A DNA stretch of 38,738 nucleotides from a virus (Duplodnaviria > Caudoviricetes): positions 1 to 38,738 of IMG/VR virus record IMGVR_UViG_3300037484_000300. One strand, written 5' to 3'. The translations under genes and the position numbers were made by a program. The notes under the pieces were generated by a model, which saw only the letters and a list, made by a program, of their open reading frames with translations, made no database searches and had not been told where the DNA came from. Positions 17,647 to 26,205 of this stretch are shown in pieces (positions within the stretch are counted from its first letter, which is position 1; each line of letters opens with the position of its first letter).

Positions 17647-19061
17647 TGATATATATTCACTATGCCATCTGTTGCTACAAAGCGTCCTTTCCCCCAGAAT
17701 CTAAATTGAGCCACAAAATCGTTAGCCCATCCTAAATTCCACCAAACTAATTTATTTTGTCTTATTGCTAAAGCATTTAATTCTTGTCCATCTATAGTTC
17801 CAAAGCTTACTCCGCCATCTATTGAAATAGATAAATCTATTCTTTGAACATTAGAACTAGTTCCTTGCTCTAAAGTAAAAAGTAAACTGTTAACTATAAA
17901 TTGTGAAGAATCGGGCAATCTTATATTCTTACAAACTCTTACCCTGGGTATTTCTTTAAGATTATAGGTAAGATAATCAGTACTCATGCGATAAAGAAAT
18001 CCATCATTAAAACTGAGGAAATAATAGCCATCATCAAAAAATACCAATCTTTTTGCTATATGATGATTCATATCTTCATCAGTAAGAGTAAAAAACTTTT
18101 TGGCTTCTATATCATAAAGCAGGGTTAAATTATCTTCTATTGCAGCAAATGTTAATTGATAAAACAAATGCCCATCTAATTTATATAAAAACCCATAAGA
18201 ATTATCTGGATGGACAAGAGATGATAATTTGTAATTAATTCCATCAGTAGAAATTTGAGTAGCTTGTGTTCCGCTACTTAATAATATTGCTGGACCAGAT
18301 TTTTCGTTAGAACCTAACCAAATAATAAAATTATCACCAAATGCAATAGTTGCTGGATTTAAACATCCATAATCTATATTAAAAGAGCTAGTCCTTTGAT
18401 AAGGAAATATTTGATATCCAACATTTACCCAATGTTCAGTAACAGTATTGCCCATCACAAAAAGCTGACCGCCTTTCCCTGGAATTCTTACACATGCTAC
18501 AACGTTGTCTGGTTTTGTTTGGAACGTTCCTACATTATTTGGAGCCGCCGGCCAAGAAAGACCGTTATTTAGTGCAGATAATTCCCATTTTGGTTCATCT
18601 GCATGAGCAGCAATAAAATATCCATCTTGAAAAGTCAAATATCCAGGAAGAAAACTAATAGTAGCCTTCCCAAAAGTATGAGCATTATAATCGTATATCC
18701 AAATATCTTTTTGGTCACATATTGCTATTTGCTTAGCATCGTTTTCATCTATATAAACATCACCACCTGAAGTATCTAATTTCCCAATAACCGTAGAATT
18801 TAAAGCCGAATCTATTCTATAAACAAATTCACTTACTACAGCAATAATACTATCGCTTCTTGTGCTATTGAATAAACCACGACCAATTCCACTATTGCGC
18901 AAAGCAGCAGTAGCTAAATATCCAGCAAAGTCTACTAACCATCCATCTGATATAAACATATTATAAGTAGCTTCAACAGAAATCTTAGGATAACGTCCAT
19001 AGGTATTTGAACCTACAATATTAAGAGGAAATTGTTTAGCCGTTGATCCTGATGTTTGCAT
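17643..19061 (-). CDS. Tail hub / packaged-DNA stabilisation protein, P22 gp10-like
   Basis: Beta-propeller-like; DGYFI, DGHLFYQLTF, SIDGGVSFG and WWNLG motifs. Confidence 0.85.
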   Translation of the reverse strand: MQTSGSTAKQFPLNIVGSNTYGRYPKISVEATYNMFISDGWLVDFAGYLATAALRNSGIGRGLFNSTRSDSIIAVVSEFVYRIDSALNSTVIGKLDTSGGDVYIDENDAKQIAICDQKDIWIYDYNAHTFGKATISFLPGYLTFQDGYFIAAHADEPKWELSALNNGLSWPAAPNNVGTFQTKPDNVVACVRIPGKGGQLFVMGNTVTEHWVNVGYQIFPYQRTSSFNIDYGCLNPATIAFGDNFIIWLGSNEKSGPAILLSSGTQATQISTDGINYKLSSLVHPDNSYGFLYKLDGHLFYQLTFAAIEDNLTLLYDIEAKKFFTLTDEDMNHHIAKRLVFFDDGYYFLSFNDGFLYRMSTDYLTYNLKEIPRVRVCKNIRLPDSSQFIVNSLLFTLEQGTSSNVQRIDLSISIDGGVSFGTIDGQELNALAIRQNKLVWWNLGWANDFVAQFRFWGKGRFVATDGIVNIYQ

Positions 19062-19768
19062 TAAGCTGGCCTCCATCCTCTGCCAAGGTTAACATCAGCA
19101 TAATTAATACCAGTATCAGATTGTAAAGTAGAGAATTTCTGAATAGTTAAATCATTAGGACTAATATAAATTAATTCATTTTCTAATTCTTTTAATTTCT
19201 GAGCTGATTGTGGTTGAAATACAATATTATACTCAGCGCATATATATTCAGCTAAAGCATATTTTAAATAAACACGATAAAATCTATCATAAGTTAAAGA
19301 TAGATCTACATTCTCAGTAGCTACTGCTGTTAATCCAAATTTCCCCCATATCTTCATTGGATAAGCAGTATTTGGTAAGAAATATATATATAAATCAGCA
19401 CCACCTAACTTACGCTCTATATGCCAGTTATAGGGTAATGATTGAATTGTATCAACTCTTCCAGTACCAAAATATTGCTTTCTAGTAGCCGGGGTAGTTG
19501 AATATCTAACAGACCCTATATTAAAAGTGAATGTCTCAACTGCTATTAAATCCGTTACAAAGTACTTCTCTTGTCCTATAACAGCTGTTATAGCCTGTTC
19601 TCTGTAATAAGGAATTAATCTTTGATCAGCGGTCTTAACAGCAAGAAGATCATTTAACAAATCTAACCCATCACTTAATTGCCCTCCAGATACTGTTTGT
19701 AAATTTCGAGCAACTATACCAGATAGATAATAAGATTTAGTTATAAGATCTCTTGCTGTATAAGCCAT
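19061..19768 (-). CDS. Head-tail adaptor, P22 gp4-like
   Basis: TARDLITKSYYLSGIV...DGLDLLNDLL N-terminus; LKYALA C-terminal helix; synteny. Confidence 0.75.
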   Translation of the reverse strand: MAYTARDLITKSYYLSGIVARNLQTVSGGQLSDGLDLLNDLLAVKTADQRLIPYYREQAITAVIGQEKYFVTDLIAVETFTFNIGSVRYSTTPATRKQYFGTGRVDTIQSLPYNWHIERKLGGADLYIYFLPNTAYPMKIWGKFGLTAVATENVDLSLTYDRFYRVYLKYALAEYICAEYNIVFQPQSAQKLKELENELIYISPNDLTIQKFSTLQSDTGINYADVNLGRGWRPA

Positions 19769-19776
19769 ATCTCACC

Positions 19777-20511
19777 TTATAGATTGTCTTCAAATGCAGT
19801 TACATAAAGGGTCAAAGCACCACTTGCAGTAACTTTATATTGAATCTTCGGTACACTACTTACTAAAGTAGACAAAGTGATTAGCTGCGCAGCTTGAGCT
19901 TTAGCAGCTACTACACCAGTCAATTCTAGAATTGTAGTTGCAACTGAAGAACCTGAAGTTATTGTCGCTACATCAGCAGCAGCATTTGGGGTGAAAATTG
20001 CATTTAAATACACTTTCGCCTTAATTGCTGGAACTGCAGCAGACAAATCAACAGCTGCTAAAGTAGCAGAACTACCGCCAGACAATACTGATATCATAGT
20101 ATCGAACCAATATTCTCTTACCAAACCGTTACCAGTTTGAGTAATTAGAATAAAGTGGGTACTACTATCACTAAATGCCCAACCTACGCGTTTGAAAATG
20201 TCATAGCCAGATGGCAATACTGGAGCAGTTGCAGATAATGAAATCAAGGTTCCAGCGGCATTAAAACCAGCTGAATCCGCAATTACATATACAGCATAAG
20301 TACTGCTAGCAGCAAAAGCACCTGTATCTAAACCATTAACGCCATTAACTGCGGCATTAATAGTTTTGGCTGCACTAAGAACCATATCAAATACATTAGT
20401 GGAATCACGGCATTGGCCTAATGCTACAGATAAAGTAGTATTAGAAACCCAAGAGACCGCTAAACCATTAACATAAGAAAATGGTAAATTTACTATTTGT
20501 TCTTTACTCAT
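19777..20511 (-). CDS. Putative capsid decoration or auxiliary virion protein
   Basis: Directly after the coat gene; A/S/T/V-rich beta protein with NGLDTG motif. Confidence 0.6.
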   Translation of the reverse strand: MSKEQIVNLPFSYVNGLAVSWVSNTTLSVALGQCRDSTNVFDMVLSAAKTINAAVNGVNGLDTGAFAASSTYAVYVIADSAGFNAAGTLISLSATAPVLPSGYDIFKRVGWAFSDSSTHFILITQTGNGLVREYWFDTMISVLSGGSSATLAAVDLSAAVPAIKAKVYLNAIFTPNAAADVATITSGSSVATTILELTGVVAAKAQAAQLITLSTLVSSVPKIQYKVTASGALTLYVTAFEDNL

Positions 20512-20523
20512 ATATATCTCCTC

Positions 20524-21789
20524 TTAAACAGTTGCTGGGAATAAAATACGCATGGAATATTCAGGTACTAATGTCTTACCCCAAATAATGTCATGTACAA
20601 ATCCTCTTTGGTTTTGACCAAATAATGATCCGTAGTACATACGCATAGAAACACCACTATCAACATCACTTTCATTAGCAGTTGGGAATGGAATTTCTTC
20701 TGGTAATCTTGGCATAGCCAAGTACAATGCATTACCACTAACTAGTAAACCAGCGCGGTGGGTTGGCATCATTTTGATCTTCATACCAGCTATGATGTTC
20801 TTGTCAATGTTTTGATTTGCATTTGCTACAGCAACTAAAGCTGGAGAAACAGAAAGCACAACAGTTGTACCAGAAGCACCAGCATCGGCAGTCGCACGTA
20901 CTTGTACTGAATTAGCAGATACTTTATGACCAATAAAGGTTAAATATCTTACATTTAAAGCAGCAGTTGCTTGATCTGTAAAATATCCAACGTCATTAGC
21001 TTTAATAGCATCAGCACTACCAGATAAAGTACCATCACAAGTACAAGTGATCTGAGTAATATTTGCACCAGTTGGATCATTGGTTGAAACTACAGTTAAT
21101 GTTTGAATAGCTGCAGTAGAACCGTTACCAACAGTACCTGAAGTATGTAATGGTAAGAAGTTAGATTGATACCATTCACAATTACTAAATTTACCCAATT
21201 CCCATGAATTAGCTATGGTTTCGTTACGATCCATAACAAATTGACTTAAACCACTATTAACAATAGCAGGTACAGCGATATCTGATAGATAACCACGAAC
21301 AGTATCTTTAGCAGCACCATAGTTACGAAAATATGATAAAGCAGTTGCTAACTGACCATAAGAATTAATAGCTGTAACACCATCACCATAGAAACGATAA
21401 GTATTGTCAACAATAGTAGATGCTATATCTGATTCGACTTGTGAGCCTATTTCATATACAGCTGACTTACCAAATCTTTCCATATAGTCACGAACATTAA
21501 ATACAAACTGTTGAGCGCTGAACGCATAAGCAGTATTTACCGCTTTATCAACCGTCAACGATTGCACTCTTTGTTGTGATTCTTGGAAAGTAGCAACTAA
21601 ACTATTAGTTGTAGTATAACGAGGTGGCAAATCAAAGGTAACAGTATCACCTAAGTTAGCCTCTAAATTTTCAAAGTCTTTAAACTTTTTGTTTGCTGTA
21701 CCAATAAACGCAAAAAGGTTTGTTAGATAAGCAAGTTCACTACGTTGGTACGTTTGTACCGTTTGTAGCACGTTGGTAGGTAAACCCAT
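20524..21789 (-). CDS. Major capsid protein, P22 coat-like
   Basis: 421 aa; LGDTVTFDLPPRY and GVSMRMYY...DIIWG motifs; follows scaffold gene. Confidence 0.9.
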   Translation of the reverse strand: MGLPTNVLQTVQTYQRSELAYLTNLFAFIGTANKKFKDFENLEANLGDTVTFDLPPRYTTTNSLVATFQESQQRVQSLTVDKAVNTAYAFSAQQFVFNVRDYMERFGKSAVYEIGSQVESDIASTIVDNTYRFYGDGVTAINSYGQLATALSYFRNYGAAKDTVRGYLSDIAVPAIVNSGLSQFVMDRNETIANSWELGKFSNCEWYQSNFLPLHTSGTVGNGSTAAIQTLTVVSTNDPTGANITQITCTCDGTLSGSADAIKANDVGYFTDQATAALNVRYLTFIGHKVSANSVQVRATADAGASGTTVVLSVSPALVAVANANQNIDKNIIAGMKIKMMPTHRAGLLVSGNALYLAMPRLPEEIPFPTANESDVDSGVSMRMYYGSLFGQNQRGFVHDIIWGKTLVPEYSMRILFPATV

Positions 21790-21843
21790 ATTAAAATCTC
21801 CAAATAAATTTGTTTATTTAAAGATAATGGCTTTACTTTTATG

Positions 21844-22608
21844 TTATCCGCGCAACCAAGGTTGTTTACGAAGGTCACTAACAGTCATTGAGCCATTATC
21901 CGCACCAGTATTAGATGGTTTAACTTGGCTTAATGGGGAATTAGGGACTGGACTCTTAGTAGCAGTAGCATTGTCCTTTATAGACTTTGATAACCGTTGA
22001 ATCTCAGCTATTGCAAGATTAGGATTAATGGCAACAAGATTGATTATGCCTGCATACTTTGTAGGATTTTTAGCAACGTCATAAAGAACATCGCCTCCAT
22101 TATCAGCTACATTTAGCAAACTAACCATAGACTTTAAAGTATCTTCAGGCATCTTATCGAAGCCTAAATTGGTAACTACATCGTCAAAATCAGTATATTT
22201 ATTTTTAGCTTCCGCAATCTTACCTTGGAACTCAGATATCGATTTCTGATGAAACATTTCTTGTGCTTGTCTATGAGCTTTATTCTCAATTTCTTGATGT
22301 ACTTGTTTTATCTGCTCAGATGTAAGCTTAGAACTGTCTTGTCCAAAGTTATCTTGCGGTTGCGAATAAGATTGATTCTTAAGTGCAGTCGCCGCTTCAA
22401 ATTCTCTCTTAGCCTTTTCCAAGGCCTTGTTTTTCTCTGCATTTGTTATCTTAGCAACTTCGTCTCTAGTATAAAGCTTTTCAGGTCTTGCCTCTTGTTG
22501 TATGCTTTTTTCAGGAGCTGGAGTTACCGGGCTAACAGTTTCATTAACCTTTTCTTGTACTTCTGGATTCTTTACTTCAGATTCCAATACATTAACCTCA
22601 TCAGTCAT
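21844..22608 (-). CDS. Capsid scaffolding protein
   Basis: Acidic N-terminus, helical core (YTDFDDVV, YDVAKNP), basic C-terminus; between portal and coat. Confidence 0.8.
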   Translation of the reverse strand: MTDEVNVLESEVKNPEVQEKVNETVSPVTPAPEKSIQQEARPEKLYTRDEVAKITNAEKNKALEKAKREFEAATALKNQSYSQPQDNFGQDSSKLTSEQIKQVHQEIENKAHRQAQEMFHQKSISEFQGKIAEAKNKYTDFDDVVTNLGFDKMPEDTLKSMVSLLNVADNGGDVLYDVAKNPTKYAGIINLVAINPNLAIAEIQRLSKSIKDNATATKSPVPNSPLSQVKPSNTGADNGSMTVSDLRKQPWLRG

Positions 22609-22740
22609 TTTAAACCTCTTTGACTATTTCCCCGTCACGGTAAATGACCCAAGACACTGGGCTGTGATTATTTTGGCCGCATAATTGCATAAATATTAGT
22701 ATTTATCTGTTTAGGAATAAATACACTCTTAATATATCCA

Positions 22741-22768
22741 ATATTAGCAATATTAAATAATAAGTCAA
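22741..22768 (-). promoter_or_regulatory. sigma70-like promoter for the scaffold/capsid operon
   Basis: TTGACT-16-TAATAT with TGn extension on the minus strand. Confidence 0.55.
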
Positions 22769-22771
22769 TAG

Positions 22772-22791
22772 TTATCCACAACTTATCCACA
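22772..22791 (+). promoter_or_regulatory. Two tandem consensus DnaA boxes
   Basis: TTATCCACA at 22772-22780 and 22783-22791. Confidence 0.85.
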
Positions 22792-22822
22792 GATATATTT
22801 ATTGGTATCAAGGAAAAATATG

Positions 22823-22847
22823 GGGAAAAATTTACGAGATTTTTCCC
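22823..22847. terminator. Hairpin, possible terminator or operator
   Basis: GGGAAAAAT/ATTTTTCCC 9-bp stem, 7-nt loop. Confidence 0.35.
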
Positions 22848-22929
22848 ATTCAGTAATGCACTCGCAATAAGGAATAAAACTTATAGTTTTTTTAGTAAGG
22901 TTTCGTTCCTGTGTGCTATATTTGGAATT

Positions 22930-23244
22930 ATGAATGACAATAAAGCTATTTGTGCTGAAATATTAGAAAAGATAGAAAAAACTCTTAAAGAACCAATCAA
23001 CATCGAAGAAGGAACTTTTAAAGCAGAATTAGAGAAAGTAGAGAAAGTTGTCTATGATGAATTAATGCCTAATAAAGAATACTTAGAGATTTTAAAATTA
23101 ACGGCAACACTAACACCATCTCTAAATAACTTTATAGATAACAATTATATTTTTGATAACAATATTCTTTCTCGTGAAAGAAAACTCAAACTTATAGAAA
23201 GAACAAGAAAACTATTTACGCTGGTTGCCGATTTTAGTATTTAA
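22930..23244 (+). CDS. Hypothetical moron-like gene, antisense within the head module
   Basis: 104-aa ORF with its own extended -10 (TGCTATATT at 22914-22922). Confidence 0.7.
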   Translation: MNDNKAICAEILEKIEKTLKEPINIEEGTFKAELEKVEKVVYDELMPNKEYLEILKLTATLTPSLNNFIDNNYIFDNNILSRERKLKLIERTRKLFTLVADFSI

Positions 23245-25409
23245 TTTTCCCAATATTCACGTTCTGGTTCTTGCTCTTTATTTTTACGCTTTGGCTCTTT
23301 TAATTTATGATGCAACTCGACCACATCTTTAACATGTCTATGGCTCATATCCGCGGCCTTAACAGCTAGATCAACAGCTTGCGCCGTCTTTCTTGTTTGA
23401 ATCTCTTCTTTCTGAATAAGGCGTTGCTGTTGATCATTTTCCAAAGTAGCTAATATTCTCAGCCTATCTGTATCATTAGTTTCTTTATCATTAGCTAATT
23501 CTGCTGCTTTTAATTGATTCTCTATCTGTGCTTGTTGTGCATTCTGAGCTAACTTAGCTTTCTCTAGCTGCATGCGCATTACTTGAGGATTATTCTGTTG
23601 CTGTTGCATAGCCATTTGTTGTTGCATCTGCTGTTGTTTCTTCATTTTATCCATAAAGCCTTTAGCCATGCTCTTAAGTTGATCTACTCCACGTATCTCT
23701 AAATTATCTACAAGCACCTCCAATCCATCTTGATTCATAAATTGACCAAATATAGGAGAGGCTTGCATAAGAGCTACTATCTGCTGGAGTGCTCTAGATT
23801 TCTGGATAGCAAAACTTACACCAGCCTCTACTTTAACATGTAAAGCATTGCTATCATATTCTAAAGAGGGCTCACCTTCTTTATTAACAACTACGTAACC
23901 TTTTTGTCCTTCTCTAGTAGCAACTGGTACCGTCCTAGGTGTAATGTAATATTTAGGGATTAAATCCATAATAATCTGTCCTACTTGATTTAATCCTTGC
24001 ATAAATCCCACTACATACGGCATTGCTGCGGCATTAGACTGCGTAGCGCCTTCTACAATAGCAATTCCACTTAATTGATTGTTGTTAATACCTAAAGCAG
24101 CATCATATGAACCTAATATACTTTGGGTTATTTGATCTGCCATAGCAAAAGTATTAGTAACTTCTGGGGGAGCTGGTACTCTAGCTATCTCCTGAGGAGG
24201 AGGAAGCGGAACATTAGGATCATTATCCTTAAATGCATTATAAACTAATGTATTAGCTTGTTGTATATTAGTGTAAGCATCTTCATAGCCGGTAGGTATA
24301 CCTTCTTTTGGTACCTTAAACTTATGCATAACCATATTTTCAAGCTCATTAGCGAGCGTTTGGCCTGCAAAATTCTTTAGCTTTTGTGTACCCTTAGCAT
24401 TATAAACATAAGGCCTTGTATGTTGTTGTAGAGCGCCATTAGGAGTATCTTTAATCCAAGCTGAATTACCATCTATAAATACTAATGGTAGATATTTATA
24501 ATCAGTCTCTATATATTCGATAACCTGATTTTCTATAAGTCTATAACGACATATGACTTCTATTTCAGTAGTTCTAGGGTTGCCAACAACTGCCGGGGGC
24601 TGCTCTATTCTTCCTTCCATTGTCCATTTATCTAGGAACTCTTTATATTCATCCGTAGTCATGGTCTTACCATCAGCTAGCTTAACAATCCTTTTCTTTC
24701 TCTTTTTCTTCTCGTAATAATCAACTATTAATAGGATGTCTTCTTTCTGGGTCTTATATGACCAATTAAAACCTTCCACATCACGTCTAAAGGTAACTGA
24801 GCTTAAATCTACATCTGGATATTCGCGGACGAACTCATCCTTAGTCTTAGGATACATCTCAAAACAAAATCTTCCGTCTGATTTACTGGGCTGTCTTGCT
24901 ATAGGATCAAAACCACATAACGTTGGATCAAATACTCTATCAGCATAGATAACTTGATCAAATGACATAGGATGTATATAGTCAGTCCAAACCTTATAGA
25001 CACTAAATCCACCAGCTAATAAATCACTATATACTCTATATTCACAACCATTCTTATTGCCTTCCCACAAAATATGTCTAATGATTCCCTCGACTACCTG
25101 TATAGTCATAGGATCAACATTCTCTCCGTAATCAGCCATAACTTCTATAGACGGTTCTTGCTTCGAGAATTCCCCTCTAAGCCTTGATACATAAGCTTCT
25201 AAGATATTAAACTCTAATTGAGGTTTCTTGAGAGTCTTAAGCATCGAAATATCATCATCAGATAAGGATGATAAGAACACAAACTTCATGTATTCATGCC
25301 AACGCTCACAGTTAGGCAAGAAATATTGATAAGCATATTCTATATTATCTTTGATCTTTTTCAGATTATCTTGATACTTTTGGGCTACTTCAGGCATAAG
25401 TTTATCCAT
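23241..25409 (-). CDS. Portal protein, P22-like
   Basis: 722 aa; LEFNILEAYVSRLRGE and FDPIARQPSKSDGRFCF motifs; Q-rich coiled-coil barrel at the C-terminus. Confidence 0.9.
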   Translation of the reverse strand: MDKLMPEVAQKYQDNLKKIKDNIEYAYQYFLPNCERWHEYMKFVFLSSLSDDDISMLKTLKKPQLEFNILEAYVSRLRGEFSKQEPSIEVMADYGENVDPMTIQVVEGIIRHILWEGNKNGCEYRVYSDLLAGGFSVYKVWTDYIHPMSFDQVIYADRVFDPTLCGFDPIARQPSKSDGRFCFEMYPKTKDEFVREYPDVDLSSVTFRRDVEGFNWSYKTQKEDILLIVDYYEKKKRKKRIVKLADGKTMTTDEYKEFLDKWTMEGRIEQPPAVVGNPRTTEIEVICRYRLIENQVIEYIETDYKYLPLVFIDGNSAWIKDTPNGALQQHTRPYVYNAKGTQKLKNFAGQTLANELENMVMHKFKVPKEGIPTGYEDAYTNIQQANTLVYNAFKDNDPNVPLPPPQEIARVPAPPEVTNTFAMADQITQSILGSYDAALGINNNQLSGIAIVEGATQSNAAAMPYVVGFMQGLNQVGQIIMDLIPKYYITPRTVPVATREGQKGYVVVNKEGEPSLEYDSNALHVKVEAGVSFAIQKSRALQQIVALMQASPIFGQFMNQDGLEVLVDNLEIRGVDQLKSMAKGFMDKMKKQQQMQQQMAMQQQQNNPQVMRMQLEKAKLAQNAQQAQIENQLKAAELANDKETNDTDRLRILATLENDQQQRLIQKEEIQTRKTAQAVDLAVKAADMSHRHVKDVVELHHKLKEPKRKNKEQEPEREYWEN

Positions 25410-25430
25410 TTATGGTTATAAATAGACAAA

Positions 25431-25459
25431 AGTATAGAAGTAAAAATTAGATTAAGCAA
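25431..25459 (-). promoter_or_regulatory. sigma70-like promoter for the portal gene
   Basis: TTGCTT-17-TATACT on the minus strand. Confidence 0.65.
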
Positions 25460-25681
25460 TCAGTTGTGGATAATATGTTGGTAAGTCTGTGGATAACCTG
25501 TGGATAAGTTATTTATTCTCTTGAAAAGCATTAACAGACGATTCCACCATGAATATTTTATATACCTCTCAATCAGTTCTGGTGGTTTGCCAGGTTCTTT
25601 CTTCCACTCATTACCATAATCATCCCGATACCAAACTATTCTATGTTGTAAATGATCAAAAGTATGATGATTTATTTCCAC
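25460..25681 (-). CDS. Hypothetical protein; its 3' end overlaps the DnaA boxes
   Basis: AGGAG RBS before the GTG start. Confidence 0.6.
   Translation of the reverse strand: MEINHHTFDHLQHRIVWYRDDYGNEWKKEPGKPPELIERYIKYSWWNRLLMLFKRINNLSTGYPQTYQHIIHN
25465..25507 (-). promoter_or_regulatory. Three consensus DnaA boxes
   Basis: TGTGGATAA at 25465-25473, 25488-25496 and 25499-25507. Confidence 0.85.
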
Positions 25682-25692
25682 TTCACCATCTC

Positions 25693-26205
25693 CTATTTTC
25701 TTATTGGCGTTAAGAAATTTATATAAAAACCTGGAGTAACAAGTTCTTCGATTTGAATATCTTTTTTAATTGGAACAATATCTTCTATCATGCAAGTAAA
25801 GCATCCCGATTGATAAAAATTAATTTCTAAATTAGAAATAATCGTTTTATCATTATTTGAAAAACTATGTACTCCAGGAGGCCTTTTTTTAATTAACTTT
25901 TTAGCATATACATGATGTCCATCTGGGTAATCTCCATCAAAATTGGGTCCTCCACCATCAAATGGGGTTTTAGTAACAATATATTTGCCAATTAAAAAAC
26001 TGCTATCAAATCCATTCTTTATCGTTCCGATTTCAAGTTCCCCTTGCATTAACGTATAATCCACAATAAATTCGTCATTATCATATAAAAAGGCTGCTGG
26101 GAAATTGTCAATATAAACACGATGCCCTTTTTCTAATTCAAATATATCATTTACTTGAAGCTTATAGGTTGTTCTATCATCAAAATCTAAAATGCCATTA
26201 AACAT
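25693..26205 (-). CDS. Hypothetical accessory protein between terL and portal
   Basis: AGGAGG RBS inside the terL end; DYPDGHHVYA...FYQSGCF motif. Confidence 0.75.
   Translation of the reverse strand: MFNGILDFDDRTTYKLQVNDIFELEKGHRVYIDNFPAAFLYDNDEFIVDYTLMQGELEIGTIKNGFDSSFLIGKYIVTKTPFDGGGPNFDGDYPDGHHVYAKKLIKKRPPGVHSFSNNDKTIISNLEINFYQSGCFTCMIEDIVPIKKDIQIEELVTPGFYINFLTPIRK

Noticed and set aside
4250-24948. Plus-strand ORFs inside structural genes (e.g. 4250, 4523, 5651, 7184, 8008, 9587, 13825, 14527, 14777, 15954, 16948, 21773, 22225, 22502, 24736)
   Set aside because: Antisense shadows of long minus-strand genes, with no RBS or motifs
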